Shown: positions 29,870-40,392, counted from the stretch's first letter. The stretch: DNA of 64,000 nt from an uncultured virus (IMG/VR IMGVR_UViG_3300027771_000010) (IMGVR_UViG_3300027771_000010); one strand, 5' to 3'. Translations and numbers: made by a program. The notes: generated from the sequence alone by a model not told the origin.

Positions 29870-30415
29870 TTATGAAAGCAAAATTAGCTTATCTTCGGGC
29901 CATTTTACATAATCTTGCCACGACATGTCTGGAATATGCAGAGTGTGGTGCTTGTTTGAGTTCTGTATATAGTGCCAGCTTGGAACCACTGGCTTGTTTA
30001 ATGGTCGTATCATACGATCGGCCTTCTTAACATTACAAGGACCGCATGCTGAAACAGTGTTATCCCATGTTAACTTGCCACCCTTTGATCTAGGAATAAC
30101 ATGATCCAATGTTAACTCGCCTGCAAAGAATTGCTCATTGCAGTATTGACACTTGTAATTGTCTCTGATGTAAACATTTCGTCTTGTAAACTTTGCTCTA
30201 TTGGGCTGTCTATGATAAGCATTTAACATAACTATGCTAGGATATGGAATACTTATTGTAGTACTCCTTAAGAATTTGTTTTCAAAATTACTTATTGTAT
30301 GTACTTTGTGTGCAAATAAAGCCTTCACGGCTGTCTGCCAACTAATTGTGCTGAGCGGCAATATGCTTAAAGGTTGCCCGTTGGCATTAAGTAAAAGGAC
30401 ACTGTAGTCTGTCAA
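29870..30415 (-). CDS. HNH endonuclease (McrA-like)
   Basis: VLLLNA..PL; RRNVYIRD..CQYC..LTLDHVIPRSKGG..WDN.V.AC..CN..K; TTG start. Confidence 0.92.
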   Translation of the reverse strand: MTDYSVLLLNANGQPLSILPLSTISWQTAVKALFAHKVHTISNFENKFLRSTTISIPYPSIVMLNAYHRQPNRAKFTRRNVYIRDNYKCQYCNEQFFAGELTLDHVIPRSKGGKLTWDNTVSACGPCNVKKADRMIRPLNKPVVPSWHYIQNSNKHHTLHIPDMSWQDYVKWPEDKLILLS

Positions 30416-30461
30416 TGTAGATTTTCCCTGCGAATATATATGTATTTAAAATAGTTTTGAA

Positions 30462-31187
30462 CTAGTTAACTGATTGTTTTACTAAGATTCTTTTTCTACT
30501 CTCAGCTAAGTTTGGTAGGAATCTTTTTGTCTCTGCATAATACACATACTCGGCCTGGGCTTTTTGTGGATCAGTTAGACCCATTGTACTATAACGTTTT
30601 AACAAAGTTTGTAAGCCTTGTTCTTTAATTAATGATCTATCTTTAGTAGTACCGTAATCTGCTAGCATTAATACCTTTGCATCATATTGTCTTACTAATC
30701 TATTGCTTCCACTGAGTGTCATTGATGTCGCTACGTGATCCCATTTCCTATCGGTAATAAATTCACTAAGTTCAAACTGTCTTAGTTCTGTGCCAACCTT
30801 ACGATATGTGCCTGTGTCGAAATATAAACTTAACAATGCATCATACTGTGATTGCGACAACGTAGGTAATGGAAAGTTTTTCTTAAACATACGTTCTGTA
30901 TCTTTAAACTCTTCAATCCATGTGTTGTAAGCTATTTGTTCTAGCATCCCAACACCATCTGCTAATTCTTGTTTCTTACTAGCATACCCGATTATGTATG
31001 TGTTGTCAACCAATTCTTTAATTCCAGACCATCCTATTGTCCTTAATTTTAAATTAATTAATTTATCACTTGCTTCTAAGTCAGACAGTTGCTGTTGTAT
31101 ACGAACAGCATCATTGTCAATGATACTAAACAATCCATAGTCAATTAGTGTGGTTGTGTTGATTTCATTATTTAATTTAAAATCCAT
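30462..31187 (-). CDS. GH24 lysozyme-like protein, catalytic residues apparently lost
   Basis: IIGYA and LSQSQYDALLSLYFDTG match phage lysozyme motifs; adjacent to gp5. Confidence 0.65.
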   Translation of the reverse strand: MDFKLNNEINTTTLIDYGLFSIIDNDAVRIQQQLSDLEASDKLINLKLRTIGWSGIKELVDNTYIIGYASKKQELADGVGMLEQIAYNTWIEEFKDTERMFKKNFPLPTLSQSQYDALLSLYFDTGTYRKVGTELRQFELSEFITDRKWDHVATSMTLSGSNRLVRQYDAKVLMLADYGTTKDRSLIKEQGLQTLLKRYSTMGLTDPQKAQAEYVYYAETKRFLPNLAESRKRILVKQSVN

Positions 31188-32392
31188 TAGGCTGTATTCC
31201 CTTTACCAGTAGTAAATGTTTCCTGGACACCTTCCGAACCTAACCAAGGATGCTTCTCTGGTACTCTGCTTGCGGCACTAGTTTTTACACTTGCGTTAGC
31301 ACTTTGATTTTGTATTGCCGTCTTTTTAGCATCAGCTGGAACTGGTCCATTATAATCTACTCTTGTTCCTTTAGCAATTATGTTTCCTGCTACTTTTAAA
31401 TTATGGTTTGCATCGGCTTGTATGTTCATATCCAATGCACTGTAGATATCAATGCTACCTACACTTGTTTCTAACTTAATACCGTCTGCTCCAGAACTTT
31501 TTATATTAACTCCTTGCTCTGCTTGCATGTTAATGTTTCCTTTAGCATGTACATTAAAGTCGCCTTCTGTGTGATAACTTATTCCAGATTTAGCATATAC
31601 ATCTAGCTTACCACTTTCGTTCATTTCAAACCAAGTGTCACCGTTCTGTGTTGTAACAAATATAAAATTATTTGTATCATCAATTAATATCTGAGCGCCG
31701 CCCTTAGTTCGTAGTCTAATGTTTTGACTGTTGCCAGATGCATCACCGTCGTCTAGTGTTAACACATGGCCGCCACGTGTTGTTATTCCAAACACTTTGC
31801 TTGGACTTTCTCGTCTAGCACTACTTTGGCTATGTCCTCTGACGTAATCTAAACTTAGACCTTGTGCATTGAGTACAGCCATCTGGTATTCATCTAATGG
31901 TCGTGTGTCACTATCATTCTGATCGTATGGATTTTTATCAACCATAGGTCCTAAACTCTTATCTGTACCTGCATAAACCTGTCCACTAGCTTTGCCGCCC
32001 ATCATAGCGTTTCTATCTTTCGCTATTAGACTGCCCATAACAATTCCTTGTTCCTGGCTACCGGTATATGCTACTACGACATTAGTTCCTATCTCTGGAG
32101 GCTGAGGCCACATGCCATAACTCATTGGTGCTTGTGATTCTTTAGTTTCGTCATCTCCGGAATCTTTAATAGCTGTGTGCCCACCAAACGGTGTACTTAG
32201 CATACAAATGCGTTGGTTATCTTTTGATCCAAAGTCTGATATTTGTACGGTTATTCTACCTAAGCTCAACGAATCTGCATTGTCCATAACCACACCAATG
32301 TATAGTCCACTAAGTGTATTAATATTGTGTTCACTAGACTGTTTGCCTTTGCGTGAAACATTGTATCCGTCATTTAATATATATCCTGCCAT
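31187..32392 (-). CDS. gp5: Baseplate hub/spike, T4 gp5/VgrG-like
   Basis: OB-fold G.V.DN.D...LGRI.V, PP.IGT.VVV; beta-helix repeats (GH...LDD, IRLRT..G); C-terminal RVP.K.HPW. Confidence 0.85.
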   Translation of the reverse strand: MAGYILNDGYNVSRKGKQSSEHNINTLSGLYIGVVMDNADSLSLGRITVQISDFGSKDNQRICMLSTPFGGHTAIKDSGDDETKESQAPMSYGMWPQPPEIGTNVVVAYTGSQEQGIVMGSLIAKDRNAMMGGKASGQVYAGTDKSLGPMVDKNPYDQNDSDTRPLDEYQMAVLNAQGLSLDYVRGHSQSSARRESPSKVFGITTRGGHVLTLDDGDASGNSQNIRLRTKGGAQILIDDTNNFIFVTTQNGDTWFEMNESGKLDVYAKSGISYHTEGDFNVHAKGNINMQAEQGVNIKSSGADGIKLETSVGSIDIYSALDMNIQADANHNLKVAGNIIAKGTRVDYNGPVPADAKKTAIQNQSANASVKTSAASRVPEKHPWLGSEGVQETFTTGKGNTA

Positions 32393-32393
32393 T

Positions 32394-34886
32394 TTATTTT
32401 CCCATGTCTATTAATTGTGGTAATATTAAAAAGCTATTTGTAGTAGTATCTTTATAGCCTATTAATGTTTGTGTAAATTTTCCGCCTTGAAATCTGCTTT
32501 CAATTGATGTTAATTTATATACACCACTTGATACAAGATCTATTGGGCCGCGTTCTTGATGTTCTAGCAAGTCCTCTGCATTAGGATTATATTGTAAAAA
32601 AGTTATTAATGCATCTTCTGAAGTATAGTCAGGTGGTTGTGGGCCATCTACGCTTGCTTGTAAACTTCCGCCCATCCAATAAGGGTCGCCTTTTATTTCC
32701 ATACTAAATCCGTATGCATCATATTCTCTTTTTGCCATATCACCAGCCATGGATGCAAGTAGTGCGTCAGATCCTTCATTACTACTATTTCGTTGCTCGT
32801 GTATACCAGCTGCTTGATCTGTATACTTTACCATGTCATTGTAATTTATTGGTATCTTGTCATATGGTATATCTTCTAAGAATGGAGTAATCTTTTTAGC
32901 ATTAGTTGGGGTAAACTGTTCTTTCTTATCTGCATGATAGTACCCGCCCTGTGGTATCCTAACTACTGTGTACAACGACTCAATGTCAATTGAATAGTTT
33001 AGTACCTCTGTATTTAATCCTGTGTACTGATACTGGTATGCCTTTTGAATTGGTAATCTTTTCCATTTATCTACTTGCCACTTTGTATCGGCAAAAGTTA
33101 TTCGATGTTTCTCGCCAGGAGATGTGCTGTTTATTCCAATCTCAATTGTAAATGTAATTTCTGTTGGCTTGTTGTATGCATCAGCTCCTGTGCCAGTGCC
33201 AACTGCATTTGCGCCTCCAACATCTGAGCCACCACCACCTAACGCTGATGGTCTTGCAGCTTCTCTTTCAGCATCAAGTATCATCCGAGTTGTTACGGCT
33301 GTTCTCCTTGTGTTCATAGCATTTGTTATATATCTTACAGTAGGCGTACATACTATATGTGGTGTATCGCCTAGCTTTTGATTTTCAAGTACATAAGATG
33401 CAAACTTTGGACAGTTCTTTGTTATTGATTGTATTATAAATGTACCCATAGCTGTTTTAGTGTCTAGGGTTATAGTTTGCCCGTCGACACCACTAAGATC
33501 AACCGCCTTTCCATCATTGGACGCTGTATTAGCAGCGCCAGCCCAAGGCTTGGTTTCTAAGTTAAAGTTTGCTAATCCTTGTACCCCTCGTCGGTTGGCT
33601 TTTGGTCCAAATCTAACTTTAATTTGTTTCTCTGGTATAAAACCCAGGTCAGTCAAATGTGCTGGCATCATATCTAATTGGGCTTTATTAACGTTTGTTT
33701 CTAATAGACTTGCAAAGGTAGATACTTGATCAATGCCTTGCATTGTAATATCAACTTCTGACACTGCATGTGTTTGTGCATGTTTAATAATTGACCACGC
33801 AATAATATTGTAGCGTGTGCCTTCTGGTCCTGTTGTACTTCTAATTTGATTTAATTTAATTGGATAAAAGAAAGTACCTGGATATCTAACACTACCTCCA
33901 GTTTTTTCATCTCTGCCAACAAATTCTAATCTTAAAATATATTGCTGTTCGTGTAAGTTTCCAGGCTGTCCTAGCTTTAATCCTGCTTTAAGAATCTGAT
34001 CTAGTAAAGTAAAACCTAATGTTTCAAATAGATCAAATTGTATAATGCCCGGTGTAGTATTACCGTGTGCTTGTCCTGGTGTAACTATTGCTACCATTGC
34101 AAAGTTATCTAATGTAAATTGAGTAGTAACACCCTGTTGTGCAACAACTATTGCTTTACCTGAATTAATTGCAGAACTATCATTACCATGTAATAGTGAT
34201 GGCGTATTCCATACGTCAGTATCAACTATGTATAATGTCCACAGATATTGCGGAGTATCTACTAGACTCATCCAATTATCCTTTGCTACGTTTTGAAGAG
34301 TAGTAGTAACTTTATTTAATGCTCCCCCAGATTCATCAAACTCTGCTTCAGATGGTGTTTGTGGCCCTTGGCCAAGGTTATTTTGGTTTGCATCATTGTT
34401 AAATTGACCTTCATCAAAATCAGTTGGAAGTGTAGATAAATTTTTGTCATCTGTTTCAATACTGCCATTAGCCATTCCAATACCCGTTTCAAAATGTTGA
34501 TCTGTAAACACATTTCCTTTACTGCCTTCGTGTTCTGTCATTGACTTCATTAGCTTCTTTGTAAAGGCAGGGTTATCTCGTAAATTTGGTATGGTTGCAT
34601 TTTTGTCTATGCCTAAGTCTCTTGCCACTTTGTCTGCATATGCTTCTGTATTATTTTCGCTACTTGGTGCATGCCTGCTGATAAGACTAGCTATAGTGTT
34701 ATTGTCATACTTCTCTTGATTTTTAAATAGGTTCAATGCATTTGCTCTAACACCATACGTTGGATGTGAGAATGTAGTGAAGCCTCCGTTTGATCCTGTT
34801 TTACCTACCCAAGCACCCGCAGGCCCATTAACGGTCCTGAGGTTTAGTGGATTAAAATTTCTACTGTTTATATTGACACTTGACAT
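32394..34886 (-). CDS. Baseplate hub protein (gp27-like C-terminus) with N-terminal peptidoglycan-hydrolase-like domain
   Basis: RNFNPLNLR..F..F.....G.RA..I.RHAP..ENNT.AY..M..HEG; C-terminal MEIKGDPYW and SGVY.L..IESRF.GGKFTQTL; start moved to ATG 34886. Confidence 0.7.
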   Translation of the reverse strand: MSSVNINSRNFNPLNLRTVNGPAGAWVGKTGSNGGFTTFSHPTYGVRANALNLFKNQEKYDNNTIASLISRHAPSSENNTEAYADKVARDLGIDKNATIPNLRDNPAFTKKLMKSMTEHEGSKGNVFTDQHFETGIGMANGSIETDDKNLSTLPTDFDEGQFNNDANQNNLGQGPQTPSEAEFDESGGALNKVTTTLQNVAKDNWMSLVDTPQYLWTLYIVDTDVWNTPSLLHGNDSSAINSGKAIVVAQQGVTTQFTLDNFAMVAIVTPGQAHGNTTPGIIQFDLFETLGFTLLDQILKAGLKLGQPGNLHEQQYILRLEFVGRDEKTGGSVRYPGTFFYPIKLNQIRSTTGPEGTRYNIIAWSIIKHAQTHAVSEVDITMQGIDQVSTFASLLETNVNKAQLDMMPAHLTDLGFIPEKQIKVRFGPKANRRGVQGLANFNLETKPWAGAANTASNDGKAVDLSGVDGQTITLDTKTAMGTFIIQSITKNCPKFASYVLENQKLGDTPHIVCTPTVRYITNAMNTRRTAVTTRMILDAEREAARPSALGGGGSDVGGANAVGTGTGADAYNKPTEITFTIEIGINSTSPGEKHRITFADTKWQVDKWKRLPIQKAYQYQYTGLNTEVLNYSIDIESLYTVVRIPQGGYYHADKKEQFTPTNAKKITPFLEDIPYDKIPINYNDMVKYTDQAAGIHEQRNSSNEGSDALLASMAGDMAKREYDAYGFSMEIKGDPYWMGGSLQASVDGPQPPDYTSEDALITFLQYNPNAEDLLEHQERGPIDLVSSGVYKLTSIESRFQGGKFTQTLIGYKDTTTNSFLILPQLIDMGK

Positions 34887-34887
34887 G

Positions 34888-35169
34888 TTATGCGAACCTT
34901 GTTGGGACTTGGATAACAACGCCTTCATTAAAATCTAATATTGGGTCTGCTAATTTTGTTTGGTTAAACAATGCAAATACCCACCATAGTTTTGAATTAC
35001 CATATAGCTCGTGTGCTAATAGGTCTGGCTTGTTGGCATGTCTTAATTCTATTGTAACTGAACGTGTGGTTGTATTTACTACATCAATATTATCAATCGC
35101 TAGTACATCTAGGAATTGGTTATTAATAATTGGTGTGTTTCTATATATGCTATCTGTTCTATATGACAT
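34888..35169 (-). CDS. gp53: Baseplate wedge protein, gp53/LysM-like
   Basis: KPDLLAHELYGNSKLWWVFALFN..I.VP. Confidence 0.85.
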   Translation of the reverse strand: MSYRTDSIYRNTPIINNQFLDVLAIDNIDVVNTTTRSVTIELRHANKPDLLAHELYGNSKLWWVFALFNQTKLADPILDFNEGVVIQVPTRFA

Positions 35170-35786
35170 TAAATAAATCCTCCAGGGTTGCCACCTTTGA
35201 GTGCAGAACCGTCTGCAAACGTTTGTATGTTAAAGTCATTCTTGACACTTCTAGGTGGAAGTTGTGGTACTAGTTCTAATGATACTAATAGTAACGCCGG
35301 TATGCTAACTGTTTCGCCTTGTACTAACACATCTACGTAGTCAGTATCCTCTGGTAGTGTGTAGTTAAAACTTCTAACAACACACGGAACGTTTGAAGCG
35401 TGTAGCATGCCATACGCATTAAATCTTAATACGGGTGGCGGAGTACCAGCTGTAGACATTCTCGAAGCACCAAAGTCGCTCTTAGTACAACTTTTAAAAA
35501 AGTGTAAAGCAGCGGCTGTGTATTGTGCTTCTGCTACTGTGTTGGCTGAGAACATAGCAGTAATTGATATATTTGGATTTGGAGTGTTCATGTAATAATT
35601 TTGTTGATATATAGATCCAGCAACATCGTATGTACCATATGATGTTTGATGTGAAAATTGAATAGTAGGAGTATATGGAAACTCTACACCATGTATGTTT
35701 GCCAATGGAGAAAGTATGCCATCTAACGTAAACGGCTTACCATGTTGTTTTAATACTAAACTTACTTTCTTTTCTACGCCTGCCAT
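35169..35786 (-). CDS. Tail-tube initiator/baseplate protein (gp48/gp54-like)
   Basis: FPYTPTI, GTPPPVLRF.AYG, VPCVV.SF.Y.LP; lies next to gp53. Confidence 0.65.
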   Translation of the reverse strand: MAGVEKKVSLVLKQHGKPFTLDGILSPLANIHGVEFPYTPTIQFSHQTSYGTYDVAGSIYQQNYYMNTPNPNISITAMFSANTVAEAQYTAAALHFFKSCTKSDFGASRMSTAGTPPPVLRFNAYGMLHASNVPCVVRSFNYTLPEDTDYVDVLVQGETVSIPALLLVSLELVPQLPPRSVKNDFNIQTFADGSALKGGNPGGFI

Positions 35787-36394
35787 TATCGTAACCTATC
35801 CTGAATAAAGCCAAATACCTTTGGATCATCTTTTCCAAAAAACTGTATAAATGCTTTCTTCTTGTCGTCTTCTTCACCATCGCCTGACATAATCTCTCTA
35901 AAGGAACTTGCACTCATTCCACCCTGCATTAATGGTGCTACGTAAACGTAACCTCTGTCATTTGCAGTTGGTACTAGTTCTTCCATATCATTTGGCAGTT
36001 TGTGTAAGAAACCTGTGCCTGTGGCAAGCCTGTTAGCGTCTTTTTCACCATACACCAAAATAGTTGCTGTAGTTGCAGGATCTCTTCCTATAACTGCAAG
36101 GTCTGGTCTGTATGGATTAGCATTAACAATCTTCTCGCCTGGTATGTTAAACATCTTACTCATGATAGATGCTTTCTCGTCAAATGTAAATGGGTCGCTA
36201 CTAAAGTCGTTCTTACCATGTGCTTTTATGGCTTTCTGACTAAATGTTGTAGCTATAAATACATTGTCAGCACCAAACTTATTACACAGATGCTTGTAAA
36301 CATCTGAATGTCCTTGGTGCATTGGTTGAAAGCGACCGCCGTAAAATACAGCTATATTAGCGACACTTTCTTTTAATATTTGTTCAATTAGCAT
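35786..36394 (-). CDS. Cytidylyltransferase-like (HIGH-motif) nucleotidyltransferase
   Basis: GGRFQPMHQGH (HxGH), PFTFDEK, GEKD..R, MSAS.FR. Confidence 0.85.
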   Translation of the reverse strand: MLIEQILKESVANIAVFYGGRFQPMHQGHSDVYKHLCNKFGADNVFIATTFSQKAIKAHGKNDFSSDPFTFDEKASIMSKMFNIPGEKIVNANPYRPDLAVIGRDPATTATILVYGEKDANRLATGTGFLHKLPNDMEELVPTANDRGYVYVAPLMQGGMSASSFREIMSGDGEEDDKKKAFIQFFGKDDPKVFGFIQDRLR

Positions 36395-36439
36395 GATACT
36401 ACTCTCCGTTCGTAGTATTTATCCTTTTTATAAAACCGG

Positions 36440-36469
36440 TTGACAAAGCCTACTAAGGCCGTGTATAAT
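36440..36469 (+). promoter_or_regulatory. Sigma70-type early/middle promoter for gp55-gp47-gp46
   Basis: TTGACA-18 nt-TATAAT, then AGGAG RBS. Confidence 0.75.
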
Positions 36470-36492
36470 AGCTGTAACAGGAGAATATTATA

Positions 36493-37431
36493 ATGACGGC
36501 ACCAAAGAGAACATTCTACTTAACCAATAAAGATATGTTAAGAGAGATACATAATAGCAAGATGTCCTATTGTTGGACAAGAGACGACAACTATACTCAT
36601 TACGATATTATTGTTGAGAGCTTAGACGAAATCACTTCAGAGATCAAAGAAGAAGCAAAGAAGAACCGAGCAACAAGATTACAAAAAATGGCTCATGAAG
36701 TAGAAGTTAAGCGTTGGGAAAAAGGGTTAACAGGTAAAAAGACTAAGCCAAGAGCTGCAGACTTTGCTGTTGACACTGCAACTATTAACGATAATGAAAT
36801 TGTTATGCGAGTTATGACATTTAAGCACATACCAGAAGAAGCTAGAAAAAACAAACCAAAGACTGTTGCAGACTTGCATTCTAAATGTAACTTCCCACCA
36901 TTTAAGCACTACGCTATGATTGAAGGTACATTAGAAGAAGTAGCACGTTCACATTGGAACGGTGGTAGAGACAATGGACACTTTAGCGTGGACCATGGAA
37001 AGACTAACGACAACTTAGCTCGTATGTATCTTAAACTTTGTGAGAGATATAGTATGCGTGGTAACTGGCGTGGATATACATATGTTGATGAAATGCGTGG
37101 ACAAGCACTATTGCAACTTTCACAAATTGGTTTGCAGTTTAATGAACTTAAATCTCAAAACCCATTTGCATATTACACAGCCGCTATTAACAATAGTTTT
37201 ACTCGTGTATTAAACTTAGAAAAGCGTAGCCAGAATATTAGAGATGACATCCTTGAAGAAGCAGGATTGAACCCTAGTAATACTAGAACGTTTAACGCTG
37301 AGTGGAAAGCACACGAAGCACGTGAAGAAGCACTTAAAGCAAAAAGCCCTACACTGAAAGTAACAACGTACAAAGTACCTGATGCTGAAACAGATGTAGA
37401 AGACACAGATACCCAACCAACTGGAGAATAA
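36493..37431 (+). CDS. gp55: Late-transcription sigma factor, T4 gp55-like
   Basis: YLTNKDML.EI; NWRGYTY.DEM; QFNE.KSQNPFAYYT; directly upstream of gp47/gp46 as in T4; TAAATA boxes throughout the window. Confidence 0.85.
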   Translation: MTAPKRTFYLTNKDMLREIHNSKMSYCWTRDDNYTHYDIIVESLDEITSEIKEEAKKNRATRLQKMAHEVEVKRWEKGLTGKKTKPRAADFAVDTATINDNEIVMRVMTFKHIPEEARKNKPKTVADLHSKCNFPPFKHYAMIEGTLEEVARSHWNGGRDNGHFSVDHGKTNDNLARMYLKLCERYSMRGNWRGYTYVDEMRGQALLQLSQIGLQFNELKSQNPFAYYTAAINNSFTRVLNLEKRSQNIRDDILEEAGLNPSNTRTFNAEWKAHEAREEALKAKSPTLKVTTYKVPDAETDVEDTDTQPTGE

Positions 37432-38454
37432 ATGTTTTTTGATAAAGCGGTAATATTTACTGATATACACTTCGGCATGAAGAATAACAGTAGACATCAT
37501 AATCAGGATTGTGAAGACTTCATTACTTGGATGATAGACGAAGCACATAAGCGAGGCATTAAAAAATGTTTCTTCTTAGGCGACTGGCATCATAACAGAG
37601 CAAGTATTAACGTTAGTACATTAAATTATACTACAAGTAATTTACGTAAGCTCAATGATAGCTTTGATGAAGTTATTATGATTACAGGTAATCATGATTT
37701 GTATTATAGAGAGAAACGTGAGATACATAGTTTGTCTATGATTCAAGACTTTCCTAAAATCAGAATGATCAATGAAAGTATGTTTATCGAAGATGGCATT
37801 GCGTTTATTCCTTGGTTGTGTGATGATGAGTGGAAGAAGCTAAAAGAAATTGATTGTAAGTATATGTTTGGTCATTTTGAATTACCAAGCTTCTACATGA
37901 ACGCACTTGTACAAATGCCCGACCACGGTGGACTTAAAGCAGAAGATCTTTCTCGACCTGAGAAAGTATTCAGTGGACACTTCCATAAACGTCAAGTAAA
38001 AGGTAATGTAATTTATCCTGGTAACTGCTTCCCTCACAACTATGCTGATGCATGGGATGATGATAGGGGCTGTACGTTCTTAGATTGGGATGGCACAATT
38101 GAATACCTTGCTTGGCCAGAGGCTCCAAAATATAGAACACTAACGCTTAGTAAACTTATTGATAATCCAGACAAGTATCTTTCTAACAAAACGTATGCAC
38201 GTGTTAGCTTAGACGTTGGCATTACATATGAAGAAGCAAACTTTATTAAAGAAACATTTGCTAAACAATATGATTTGCGTGAGATTGCTCTTATGCCAAG
38301 TAAGAAAGAAGAACACACGCAAGACTGGAACAAAGGTATTGATATACAAGTTGAAAACGTAGATACAATTGTATTAACGCAACTTGATTCAGTACAAAGC
38401 GATACTATTAAGAAAGAAATTTTAGTAGACATTTATACAGGACTGACAACTTAA
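37432..38454 (+). CDS. gp47: Recombination endonuclease subunit (Mre11/SbcD-like)
   Basis: DIHFG, LGDWHH, GNHD, GHFE, SGHFH metallophosphoesterase motifs. Confidence 0.95.
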   Translation: MFFDKAVIFTDIHFGMKNNSRHHNQDCEDFITWMIDEAHKRGIKKCFFLGDWHHNRASINVSTLNYTTSNLRKLNDSFDEVIMITGNHDLYYREKREIHSLSMIQDFPKIRMINESMFIEDGIAFIPWLCDDEWKKLKEIDCKYMFGHFELPSFYMNALVQMPDHGGLKAEDLSRPEKVFSGHFHKRQVKGNVIYPGNCFPHNYADAWDDDRGCTFLDWDGTIEYLAWPEAPKYRTLTLSKLIDNPDKYLSNKTYARVSLDVGITYEEANFIKETFAKQYDLREIALMPSKKEEHTQDWNKGIDIQVENVDTIVLTQLDSVQSDTIKKEILVDIYTGLTT

Positions 38455-38456
38455 AC

Positions 38457-40232
38457 ATGCTGAAAATTAAAAATATCACTGTAAAGAACTTTATGAGTGT
38501 GGGTAACGTCACACAGGCTATCCACTTTGATGTACACGGACTAACACTTGTGTTAGGTAACAACATTGACTTAGGTGGAGATGGTTCACGTAACGGTACA
38601 GGCAAAACAACCATCATTAATGCACTAAGTTATGCATTGTATGGTAATGCATTGTACAATATTAAAAAGGATAACTTAGTTAACAAGACTAATAATAAGA
38701 ACATGTTAGTCACTGTTGACTTTGATAAAGACGGTATTAGTTATCGTATTGAACGTGGACGCAAGCAAAACATATTCAAGTTACTTGTTAACAATGTTGA
38801 TAGTAACGAAGGTGTAACTGATGAGATGCAAGGCGAAGGCAGGCAGAGTCAAAAGGTTATTGAGGATGTGCTTGGTATGAGTCATACAATGTTTAAACAC
38901 ATTGTTGCATTAAATACGTACACAGAACCTTTCCTAAGTATGCGAGCTAATGATCAGCGTGAAATGATTGAACAGCTACTAGGTATTACAAAGCTAAGTC
39001 AGAAAGCTGATATACTTAAAGAGCTTCTCAAAGGTACAAAGGATAGAGTAACAGAAGAATCATATCGTATCAAAGGCGCACAAGAAGCCAATGATCGTAT
39101 TGGTTCTACTATCAAGGACTTGGAGCGTAGACAAACACATTGGTCCAATAAACAAGAAGATAAGCTAAACGAATACGCTAGTGAGATTAATGCATTAGAA
39201 CATATTGACATTGAAGCAGAGTTATTAGCACACGGCGAGTTTGCATTGTTTAATGAAAAGCGAACACAAATAGATACATTAAATGCAGAAATTGCTAAAC
39301 TTACAAGTAGTTTAGGACGTGAACAAAGACGCTTAGACAAAGCACAAGAAGACCTAGATACTACATTAGAACAAAAATGTTATGCATGTGGACAAGAACT
39401 ACATGACGAAGCACATGAAAAAATTATTAAAAGTAAAACAGAAGCAGTAGCAGAAAGTCAAGTTCACATTGACAAAGACAATGCTACTATTGAAGAATAC
39501 AAAATTGCACTTAATGAAGTAGGCGTGTTGGGCGATGCACCACGTATTGAATATAATAGCTTAAAAGAAGCATATGAACATCAAAATAAGATTGCATCTA
39601 ATAAGCGTTTACTAGAAACAACTAGCGAAGAAACAGATCCATATGTAGACCAAATTGTTTCATTAAATGAAACTGGCATGCAAGAGATAAGTTGGCTGGA
39701 GGTAAATAGACTTGAGGAACTAAAAGAACATCAAGACTTTTTGTTAAAACTGTTAACTAACAAAGATAGTTTTATACGTAAGAAAATTATTGAACAGAAT
39801 CTACAGTTCCTAAACACACGTCTAGAATATTATATTACACGCTTAGGCTTACCACATGAGGTACAGTTCCAAAGCGATCTTACTATAACTATTACACAAC
39901 TAGGACAGGATTTAGACTTTGACAATTTAAGTAGAGGTGAACGTAACAGATTGATACTTGGCCTTAGTTGGAGTTTTAGAGATGTTTTTGAAAGCATGAA
40001 TCACCCTATTAACTTAGTTTGCATTGATGAACTAGTTGACAGTGGAATGGATACTGTAGGTGTGGAAAGTGCATTAGGAGTTCTTAAGAAAATGGAACGT
40101 GATAGGCATAAGAATATTTTACTTATATCTCATCGTGATGAATTAGTAGGCCGTGTTAACAGCGTATTGCAAGTTACAAAAGAAAACGGCTTCACTACAT
40201 TTAATACTGAGATAGAAGTAATTGATGCATAA
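38457..40232 (+). CDS. gp46: Recombination ATPase subunit (Rad50/SbcC-like)
   Basis: KNFMS.G, Walker A NGTGKTT, zinc hook CYACGQ, LSRGE signature, Walker B IDELVD, ISH. Confidence 0.95.
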   Translation: MLKIKNITVKNFMSVGNVTQAIHFDVHGLTLVLGNNIDLGGDGSRNGTGKTTIINALSYALYGNALYNIKKDNLVNKTNNKNMLVTVDFDKDGISYRIERGRKQNIFKLLVNNVDSNEGVTDEMQGEGRQSQKVIEDVLGMSHTMFKHIVALNTYTEPFLSMRANDQREMIEQLLGITKLSQKADILKELLKGTKDRVTEESYRIKGAQEANDRIGSTIKDLERRQTHWSNKQEDKLNEYASEINALEHIDIEAELLAHGEFALFNEKRTQIDTLNAEIAKLTSSLGREQRRLDKAQEDLDTTLEQKCYACGQELHDEAHEKIIKSKTEAVAESQVHIDKDNATIEEYKIALNEVGVLGDAPRIEYNSLKEAYEHQNKIASNKRLLETTSEETDPYVDQIVSLNETGMQEISWLEVNRLEELKEHQDFLLKLLTNKDSFIRKKIIEQNLQFLNTRLEYYITRLGLPHEVQFQSDLTITITQLGQDLDFDNLSRGERNRLILGLSWSFRDVFESMNHPINLVCIDELVDSGMDTVGVESALGVLKKMERDRHKNILLISHRDELVGRVNSVLQVTKENGFTTFNTEIEVIDA

Positions 40233-40392
40233 CCTGGACAACGACCAGAGAGAATTAAAATTGGAAGATTATAATAATCCAGAGTATGTATTAATGCATG
40301 CTCCAAATACAATAGATCAAGTAACTATAGGAATAGATACATTAGACAGAATTAAAAGATTAATAAATGAGTGGTACAAAGAAGAAAAGTAA
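40225..40392 (+). CDS. Small hypothetical protein (55 aa, MHNLDNDQRE...WYKEEK), below the ORF-track cut-off
   Basis: Fills the gap between gp46 and the GIY-YIG gene with short overlaps at both ends. Confidence 0.5.
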   Translation: MHNLDNDQRELKLEDYNNPEYVLMHAPNTIDQVTIGIDTLDRIKRLINEWYKEEK

